Source: Folioceros fuciformis
Taxonomy: Eukaryota
Reading direction: 5' to 3'
Assembly: GCA_049999805.1 (NCBI GenBank)
Contig: JBNGIO010006178.1
Span: 239,131-259,130, forward strand
Length of the DNA stretch: 20,000 nt
The notes under the pieces are model-generated. The model was given only the letters and a program-made list of their open reading frames with translations, was not told where the DNA came from and searched no databases. This document shows, piece after piece, positions 12,941-20,000 of this stretch (its first letter is position 1; every line of letters begins with the position of its first letter). The position numbers were made by a program, and so were the translations under genes.

Positions 12941-13677
12941 CTACAACCTCAAATGCCAGGCGACCCAGCTGCAGATTGCGTCCCCTCGATCATGTCAATC
13001 TGCCCGCCCGAACCAATCCTCCCAGGCGCGGGCGCATCAAGAAAATATGCCCGCCTCTTAAAAGATCGGGGATGGAAAAATCCCACTTTCTCGTCGGCAA
13101 CTTGTTCAACCTCCACTCACCATGCAGACAGCAGCAGCACCGAAGAATCCAGTAGCGCCAGTGAGACGAGCAAGACTGGCCTGAAAACAGAACGGCGCAC
13201 TCGTATCCTGGTGAGTTCAGGAGACGACCGCACAAAGGTTTGCTTAGCATGTAGATTGCACTCGGGTTGTGACGACGATCCACGCTAAACTCCGAAGCCG
13301 CCCAGACACTGGCTTCCGTCACTTCTTTCTTTCCTCTTGGCCCGTTCCTCCTGGACGGAAAGCCGGCTTTTATTTCCTGCTCTGAGTAACTTGTGTCACG
13401 GTAATTCAAGTATTTGTCGGCAAGCCTGCTTCGCGAGCTTGCATCCAAGCTCGTCTTGCCACCCACCTTCGAAGGTAGGAGGGACTCGTTTTATGTGGCC
13501 GCTAAGGAATCTCTCCGCGTCCCCTCCCATCCTACTTTACTCCGTTTGTCTGATTCTGGAAGAGATTAGAGGAGAAGTGAGCGAGAGCGACTTTATTATA
13601 AACGAGGTTGTAACTCAATATAATGGTGGTGCGTTTAGATACAGGTGGTATATGCGGTGGGCGAACAGAAGAATTTC

Positions 13678-15271
13678 TCACGTAGACACCTCTGGGAATA
13701 GGTCCGATTGCAAGGGTTCTCCAGGTTGCAATCCAGGGTTGTACCCTGCTTCCACCCATACAGAATGCATTGTCCCTGGAATTCAGGGGCCAGAACTTGT
13801 GACACTTACATCTTGGAGGTGACGTAAACGAGCGGGAAGGAAAGGAAGGGAAAGGAACGAAGGTGACAGGCAGGGGGGCACACCTGGGCGAGGATCGAAA
13901 AAGACTTGATCACCAACCCAGCGAGTGGCATACGCTCTTCTGCGAAGAGTTGAAGTCTCTATGCCAGGAGCTCCGTGGAAAGCGAAGCTTTGGTGCACAA
14001 GACAGTCGCCTGGGTCAAGGTCCCAGGTTAACAGCTCCAACTGGACCAACAGAAACACGAAACTGCGCTCAGCATCAACATGACGCTGCTACGTTTGGGG
14101 ACATGTGTCGAAGATGTTGCTGGTAGATGAAACTCTCAACTTAGGTTCTCTGACCTCATCGAGCTTGCTCTCAATGTCTGGAATCTCAGGCAGGCTCTCA
14201 GAAGAAGAGGCCTTGTACCGCTCCTGGTCACCCGAAAACGAAGCAATCCTGCAAGCGCCATCAAAGTCGGGCGGCTCAGCAGCGTCGCCCCGCTCATGGG
14301 TAGAGCACCAACGTATCCTGCCTTCAAAACAGTATACGAGGGCCTACGAGCCAGACGACAGGCATTGATTGACGTGTATACATACCTATGAACCACCTTC
14401 CACTTATGCGATCCCTTGACATACTGAAGACACGCCGTCTTGGGAATATGGTCCAGAGCAAGCCACAAGGAGATCACCTGCTCACCCTTCAAGGGCCAGT
14501 AGGAGTGATCATTGTGCCACGGAGTCTTGGTGCTGGTTCCAGGCTCTTTGACGAACAACTGGTCATAAAAGAGTCTCACGCTCTTGGCCCTACACCACGC
14601 ATGGATTCACACTACAAACTCAGGCACGTCATTCCACACCACAACGGTCACCCAACCCTCCCGACCAGGCCAGGCCACCCCCAGTACCGTGTCATAGTCC
14701 TGGCAATCTCCCCAGCAGGAGACTGAAACACAAACTCGCGCATCACATGATGCCGCTTCCACAGAAACTGGTCATCATGAAAACGCTCCGCCTGAACAAT
14801 CAACACCCACCAATCAGCAACACCGACATCCCACAGACTTGCCAGCAGGTTCAGGAGCGGAAACTGCACCGTGCCAGGCTTAGCATGCTCGTCGCAGAGA
14901 GGACCTGCACGAGCATGAATTCCGCGGCCCTCAGAAAGAAGCCCTCACACTGACAAAGCCCTGCCTGCCTCTCACTCCATGGAAGTCGTCTTACCCGGAT
15001 TCTTCAGGTTGATCTCCGCTGCATCACGCAGCTTGTGAATCCAGTCGGAACCGAACAGCCCGCGCAGAACCACGGCACCATCCTCCTCGAAACGTCGAAC
15101 ATCCTGCTCCGATATCCTGCACTCCACAACGTTATCCCATGTCGCCAGCAAAACCTTCCCCTCCTCCTCTCACGTCCCTCTCCCATCACAAAAACCCCAC
15201 CTGGAGCCTCCCGCGGGCGCACTGGTTGCAAGCGCCCGGAATCGAGCCCAACTGCGCAGGCCTGCCCTCAT
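13678..15271 (-). CDS. Phytanoyl-CoA dioxygenase (PhyH) family Fe(II)/2-oxoglutarate dioxygenase, 8 exons, ~294 aa, putative mitochondrial presequence
   Basis: Exons 15271-15201, 15116-14995, 14904-14870, 14791-14688, 14589-14386, 14248-14155, 14040-13884 and 13775-13678, all GT-AG, total 885 nt. Motifs: FEEDGAVVLRGLF, LFVKEPGTSTKTPWHND (HxD), ISLWLALD, LQYVKGSHKW, LDPGDCLVHQSFAFHGAPG (distal His), RRAYATRW (2OG-binding Arg). N-terminus MRAGLRSWARFRALATS is Arg/Ala/Ser-rich and free of acidic residues. Confidence 0.9.
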
Positions 15272-15449
15272 CTTGCCTCTCGCTTCTATCAGTAACGATG
15301 CGTCCGTCTTCCCCTTACCAGCCGGCAGTGTGAAAGTTCACCAGAACTTCTTTTTAAAATGCGGCGGCCATTGCCGGAAGCGGTAGCCTGTCTGACAAGC
15401 AAGCAATCGAGCTTACTTGTCTCGCACCGCAGCGAGCCCCGACACTTGG
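15272..15449. promoter_or_regulatory. Putative bidirectional promoter / shared 5' region of the PhyH-like and SIA1-like genes
   Basis: Only 178 bp separates the divergent start codons at 15271 (-) and 15450 (+). Confidence 0.7.
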
Positions 15450-16853
15450 ATGGCACGGCAGGGACGGAGCCGGAGGTGCGAACCCTCGGGGCCGCCGCGA
15501 ACCTTCCTCCTCCTCCCGACGGTCCTGCTGCTCTCGACGGCGGGGCTTCTGGCCCTACTTCACCACCAGCATGGCGCTCCCGGACAGCGGGAGATGGCGA
15601 CTTTGCGGGCTTTCCAGGACAATGTGGCACAATGTGTGGGACGCAACGGGCTGGGGCTGCAAGCGGAGGTGAAGGACGAATGCAGGATTGAAGTGCGCTA
15701 CCCTCCGGGTACCAACAGCACGTGGTACAGCACTCAGTTTCGCCGGGTGGAGGCGACATCCTTCGAGCTCAACGTGTGCGACGCTGTGCAGCTCTGGGAG
15801 CAGTACCGGAACGTGACGACGGTCCTGACGCGGGAGTACCTAGATGCCCGGCCTGACGGCTGGCTGGAGTACGCGGCCAAGCGAATTGCGCAGCTGGGGT
15901 CCGACAAGTGCTACAACCGGAGCAGATGCGAGGACGAACTCTCCCTCGTGCTCCCTACAAGGCCACCATTCCGCCCCCGCCAGTTCCGCACCTGCGCGGT
16001 GGTAGGCAATTCGGGGGACCTGCTCAAAACGGAGTTCGGGGCGGAGATCGACGCCCACGATGCCGTGTTCCGGGAGAACGAGGCGGAGGTGAGCTCAGCG
16101 TATGCAAAACACGTGGGGTTGAAGCGGACGTTCCGGCTCATCGGCCGGGGGATAGCGCGGAGTATGGAGCGGGTGGTGGAAGGGGCGGAGGAAGAGGTAG
16201 TGGTGATCAAGAGCCTCATCCACCGCGACTTCAACGCCAAGATCAGGCGGCTGCCGAACCCCGTCTACCTCTTCCAGGGCGTGGTGCTGCGGCGGGGGGC
16301 CAAGGGCACGGGGATCAAGGCCGTGGAGCTCGCGCTCTCTATGTGCGACAGTGTGGACATGTACGGCTTCACTGTGGATCCCGGGTACGCGGGCTGGACC
16401 AGGTACTTCTCTGCGTCGCGGACGGGACACAATCCGTTGCAGGGAAGGGCGTACTACCAGCTGCTGGAGTGTCTCGGGGTGTTCAGGATTCATTCCCCCA
16501 TGCGGGAGCGGAGGAAGCAGGACTGGTCCGTGGTTCCAGGGAGGGAGGCGGTGCGGGAGGCTTACGATGCCTCTGTGAGGTTGAAGGGGCGGGAGCCCGG
16601 GCCGTTTGCGTCCTGCCAGGTTTGGGCGGACGGGAAGGAGGAGGCGGGGCCGGCGTTCGGGGCCCCGGGTATGAGCCAGGTGCGCAGGGCGTCGCAATAT
16701 AATAAGTGGGAGATGCTCGGGGTGGAGGATTTGCGACCTGAGGCACAAGAGCATCTCCGTGCGATGCAGGGGGTGTCTCTTTACAAGCTGGATGGAAACA
16801 AGCTGGATAACCTGATTTGTGTGAGGCACAACTCCGTCGGCGCCATTGCATGA
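15450..16853 (+). CDS. SIA1: Sialyltransferase-like protein (CAZy GT29), SIA1/MGP2 type, intronless, 467 aa, type II membrane protein
   Basis: Single ORF from the first ATG (15450). N-terminal hydrophobic anchor FLLLPTVLLLSTAGLLALL; sialylmotif L CAVVGNSGDLLKTEFGAEIDAHDAVFR; motif S GTGIKAVELALSMCDSVDMYGF. The blocks LWEQYRNVTTVLTREYLD, GHNPLQGRAYYQLLECLGV and YKLDGNKLDNLICVRH closely match Arabidopsis MGP2/SIA1 as I recall it. Confidence 0.95.
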   Translation: MARQGRSRRCEPSGPPRTFLLLPTVLLLSTAGLLALLHHQHGAPGQREMATLRAFQDNVAQCVGRNGLGLQAEVKDECRIEVRYPPGTNSTWYSTQFRRVEATSFELNVCDAVQLWEQYRNVTTVLTREYLDARPDGWLEYAAKRIAQLGSDKCYNRSRCEDELSLVLPTRPPFRPRQFRTCAVVGNSGDLLKTEFGAEIDAHDAVFRENEAEVSSAYAKHVGLKRTFRLIGRGIARSMERVVEGAEEEVVVIKSLIHRDFNAKIRRLPNPVYLFQGVVLRRGAKGTGIKAVELALSMCDSVDMYGFTVDPGYAGWTRYFSASRTGHNPLQGRAYYQLLECLGVFRIHSPMRERRKQDWSVVPGREAVREAYDASVRLKGREPGPFASCQVWADGKEEAGPAFGAPGMSQVRRASQYNKWEMLGVEDLRPEAQEHLRAMQGVSLYKLDGNKLDNLICVRHNSVGAIA

Positions 16854-17333
16854 TGAGAAACTCAAAATGCCGCACGCATCATTCTGCGCGCGCAATTGAT
16901 TGCCAAGAAACTCCAGCACGTTCCAAGGTGACATGCAAAATGGTCTACCACTGTTTGGACAAAACCTCGTTTCCGTGCTGTTTGCCATCGCATCGGCAGG
17001 TGAGTTCATCGCCATGTTTTCCCCAGGGACGCACACAGCTTGTTCCTAATAACACGACACCGAGACGACTCCGAACGAGATTCCCGGCAGACTCTTCTCT
17101 TCTTACTCCTGTTCTTTCCTCTTCGGGGGAGAACTTGGCCAGCGACGGAGTACTCACACCCCGGGATGCTTCTTGCTCTTTGTCCATTTAAGACAAAACA
17201 GCGGGCGCAGAGTTGGAAGCGTGGCGACTAAAGCTCTAGCGTGGAAGTGGATGAACGCCGTGATCCGTTATGCATATTTTCGCAAAACTGGAACGAAAAC
17301 GATTGTGGTCTCAAATGTGTTCTTACATCATTG

Positions 17334-17399
17334 CATCTCCTGCCGACAGTCAGGACAAGGAAGCCCCATCTCCTGCCGACAGTCGGGACAAGGCAGCCC
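17334..17399. repeat. 33-bp tandem duplication (2 copies, 2 mismatches)
   Basis: catctcctgccgacagtcAggacaaggAagccc followed by catctcctgccgacagtcGggacaaggCagccc, between the convergent SIA1 and RRP42 3' ends. Confidence 0.9.
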
Positions 17400-17619
17400 C
17401 GAGGAGGTGGTCATCCTTCTGATCAAAACCAGATCAAATGGGGTCTCGCCGCAAGTGCTATTCCCCATTGTTGGCACCTGTTCAGAAAGCTTTTCACAGT
17501 AGTCCTGCTGCCACCATTTATCGGTAGACCCGCGAAATGCTCACACCTTACATTGTACCGATTGTCCTTTGGTTATTAGCTCCAATTCGGAAACAGATTG
17601 CAACATGACGGCCGGCCTT

Positions 17620-18462
17620 TCACTTGACGTTCTCCACTTGCACGATCACCTTTCTGCTCAACTGCTTAGCTACGCTAAACATGTCCAGCAGAACGCCTGG
17701 ACTCAGACCAGCTCCATTTCTCTTGGTCACGCCAGTGATCATCCCCTGCGGATTCACAGCCACGGACACCGCAGAGCTGAAACACGATTCCTCTTCAGCG
17801 GTAGCATCCACAATATAATGCTTCCCGACCTTAGTCAAGGTAACCAGAATCGGAACCCGTGAAGCGTCCAGCTTCGAGTAGCCCTCGGGATTTCCATCGT
17901 CCACATCCACTTCGACCTCCGCGTCCTCAGACCCAGCAGAAGTAATCTCAACCTTGGGAATGCCCGTGTTAGCGAGAGCAGCCTTAACGGCGATGGAGAG
18001 ACAGTCCAGCAAATTGCCGTCGGAGCTCAGAACCAAACCGTCAATGTACAACACCCAGCAGATCTTGGCGTCCAGCAACCCTAAGGAGGCCGGGTCTATG
18101 GCGGCCCCAGCCCCGTTCCCGCCCCCCAGGAGGCTCCTCTCCAGCGCTCCGACCAGCTCCTGAGAGAGGTCGTCGCCTCCCCTGCCCTGAAACTCGGGGG
18201 CTGCAGTGGCCGAGCAGTCCACCGAGACGAGCATGTAGCCGTGCCCAGGACGGCCTGCCGGAGGCGTGCCCAGCTCCGCCTTCACGCTGGCTATCACATC
18301 CGTGCCTCCCAGCCTCACCCGCGCTGATCCATTGGCCAGTGGAATCACTCCAGGCTCCACTGAGAAGCGCCGGTACTGGAGGCGACTGCGACCGTCGGCT
18401 CGCAGATCGTCATAAACGCCGCCCTCGGTGTATCTCCGCTCTGCTTTCGACACTACTCCCAT
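17620..18462 (-). CDS. RRP42: Exosome complex component RRP42 (EXOSC7; RNase PH-like), intronless, 280 aa
   Basis: ORF from ATG 18462 (MGVVSKAERRY...DLRADGR) with ANGSARVRLGGTDVIASVKAELG, VDCSATAAPEFQGRGG, CWVLYIDGLVLSSDGNLLD and YIVDATAEEE, all typical of plant RRP42. Confidence 0.95.
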   Translation of the reverse strand: MGVVSKAERRYTEGGVYDDLRADGRSRLQYRRFSVEPGVIPLANGSARVRLGGTDVIASVKAELGTPPAGRPGHGYMLVSVDCSATAAPEFQGRGGDDLSQELVGALERSLLGGGNGAGAAIDPASLGLLDAKICWVLYIDGLVLSSDGNLLDCLSIAVKAALANTGIPKVEITSAGSEDAEVEVDVDDGNPEGYSKLDASRVPILVTLTKVGKHYIVDATAEEESCFSSAVSVAVNPQGMITGVTKRNGAGLSPGVLLDMFSVAKQLSRKVIVQVENVK

Positions 18463-18522
18463 CGTCGCCACCACGAACGGAAAAAAGTTGAGAGAGCAAT
18501 GAACGAAGCCTGTCTGGAACTT

Positions 18523-18530
18523 AACCCTAA
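18523..18530. promoter_or_regulatory. Telo-box-like motif (AACCCTAA) upstream of RRP42
   Basis: AACCCTAA lies ~60 nt upstream of the RRP42 ATG. Telo-boxes are characteristic of plant ribosome-biogenesis gene promoters and 5' UTRs. Confidence 0.5.
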
Positions 18531-18567
18531 TCCGACAGGAAGGGAGGACGCTTCCACAACCATCTAG

Positions 18568-19504
18568 CTATGCGGACTCCCTGCGAGACTTCTTCTGCTT
18601 CTTCCTCTGCTTTGGTACATCTCCTTTACCAGCAACCGTATGCCTCTCCTGAGGTTCTTCAATTGGCCGCTTCGGTGGCGGAGTCCTGGTTTCTGCAGCC
18701 AGCCAGAAAGGTTTTGCTATGACTTGATGAAAGCAAAAGAGACAAACATGAACGGGAGATTTTCAGACCGAATGCAACACCCTCTGGACAGAATGTGCGT
18801 ACCCTCGCTCGCAGGGACGCTGCGCTTAATTTCTCTTTCAGACCTGTCCTCTCCTGGCACGGCAGCTTCCCTTCCAGCAGCCCGAACGAAGCTGACAGAG
18901 TGAGAAATACTTCTGACTGGGCAAGGCACATCCGAGGAAGTGTCAGAAGCTGGGGCAAACAGCTGGGTTCAGGACCATGCTTCGAACATAACGCAGTTGT
19001 AAAAGCAGAAGGACAAGGGGGACTTGACAAACCGGCAAAAGAATCTGTAGAGGATATAGGCACAAAAGCATACGCCTCAGGTCCCTCCAGCTTCTCCTCT
19101 TTAACTACACTGAAGCAGTCTCCTGCAGCCACAAGAGTTCAGAGGCAAGCACACCTCAAGGTGACTGCAGCTAGAGTCTCAAATGAGGGCTTACCTTGCG
19201 AATTAAAAAAATGACCGAGCTTCCCATCGGCGGCAGCTGTGTGCATCCTCCATTGCTTGTCCACGAGATCATGGGGTCCCAGCTGCAGGACAGCCAGGCA
19301 ACATCAATACGGGATTCGGGACGCATCAAGGACAACAAACAGTTCGCAGAAGGCGGGCAGGGTTGGAGGTACATATTGAGACGGAATTCGCACAAGCCAT
19401 AACTCCGTGTTGTCTGCCGTGGCTTCCTCGGCCAGCGACTCGAACTTGTCTAATCTCTTGAAATGTTTCGGTGGCATATACCTATCCTCCTCTGCGTTCT
19501 CCAT
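18568..19504 (-). CDS. Mediator-associated protein 2-like / RNA polymerase I RPA34-like protein, 5 exons, ~182-190 aa
   Basis: Exons 19504-19373, 19282-19195, 19122-19033, 18916-18803 and 18716 (or 18692)-18568, all GT-AG and in phase. Y-x-PP-x-x-F and ELWLVRIP N-terminal motifs, DGKLG-x-F, ISHSVSFVR and a basic tail (KQRKKQKKSRR) fit the plant MAP2 / RPA34-like architecture (from memory; the sequence is divergent). Confidence 0.75.
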
Positions 19505-19600
19505 GCTGGGCGGTGCGACGGAGGTTCCTGCGCACACGAACTTGAAGCGACCCTTCCCAAAGGCGTGGGATGCCGTAGATATGTATTTGTATCCGGTCCG

Positions 19601-19607
19601 ATTTATA
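19601..19607 (-). promoter_or_regulatory. TATA box (TATAAAT) of the MAP2-like gene
   Basis: Minus strand reads CCTATAAATC about 100 nt upstream of ATG 19504. Confidence 0.6.
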
Positions 19608-19644
19608 GGCTCGATCGCGGGGCAAGTCCCTAGTTCTGGTGAAC

Positions 19645-19715
19645 TCGCCCTTAGAGAACAACATGGATATGTTGTTGTGGAAGAACAACATATCCATGTT
19701 GTTCTCTAAGAGCGA
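19645..19715. repeat. Perfect 27-bp inverted repeat with 7-nt loop (32 bp with one mismatch)
   Basis: 19650-19676 cttagagaacaacatggatatgttgtt is the exact reverse complement of 19684-19710; loop gtggaag. Confidence 0.95.
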
Positions 19716-20000
19716 AAAGGTTAATTATTTTTTACCTTTGGCCTACTTACTTTACGTTGTTCTTCTAATCTTTAAAATAGATAAATTTTCATAATACACC
19801 AATCCATGGCTTTTTAGAGTAGATAAAACTTTTCATCTCTCTTTTAATAATAAAAGATATAATACAGATGCAAGGACTATAAATTCATAATTGTTTTTTT
19901 AAAATACGTATTTCATACTCAAATATTCTGTGGCATTTAAGAGTATATTCTTTTACTCTACCTTGCCATAGGTATAGCAAATTTTTAAATTTATTTAAAT

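Noticed and set aside
2354-13288. Numerous 60-145 aa + strand ORFs across SGR6
   Set aside because: Antisense to well-supported exons and introns, with no independent coding signal.
16850-16950. C/D box snoRNA starting at ATGATGA
   Set aside because: The motif is simply the tandem stop codons of SIA1; no D box (CTGA) or terminal stem at a suitable distance.
16095-17036. 313-aa antisense ORF and 264-aa alternate-frame ORF (15908-16702) over SIA1
   Set aside because: Expected shadows of a high-GC, GC3-biased CDS; no recognisable domains.
19630-19715. Helitron 3' end (hairpin followed 11 nt later by CTAG on the minus strand)
   Set aside because: The CTAG is followed by G rather than the expected T target base, and the hairpin is longer and more AT-rich than typical Helitron stems.

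Overview
Eukaryotic nuclear DNA from a compact, intron-rich land-plant genome (introns mostly ~70-200 nt; a seed-free plant such as a hornwort is my guess, not established). A ~17.5-kb gene island holds five tightly packed genes: a 50-coding-exon SHOOT GRAVITROPISM 6 / MROH-type HEAT-repeat gene (-, 2416-12940, four GC-AG introns); an 8-exon PhyH-family 2OG/Fe(II) dioxygenase with a mitochondrial-type presequence (-, 13678-15271); head-to-head with it, an intronless GT29 sialyltransferase-like SIA1/MGP2 homologue (+, 15450-16853); an intronless exosome subunit RRP42 (-, 17620-18462); and a 5-exon Mediator-associated protein 2 / RPA34-like gene (-, 18568-19504). The flanks are AT-rich or repetitive: degenerate telomere-motif and CATTGCTC minisatellites on the left, a nested perfect palindrome on the right. 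The most striking observation: the MAP2-like stop (UAG followed by CUAG) lies only 105 nt upstream of the RRP42 ATG, exactly in frame, with no intervening stop. This suggests a candidate bicistronic / stop-readthrough fusion of two likely rRNA-biogenesis genes. All homology calls come from manual translation and recalled protein sequences; no database searches were run.
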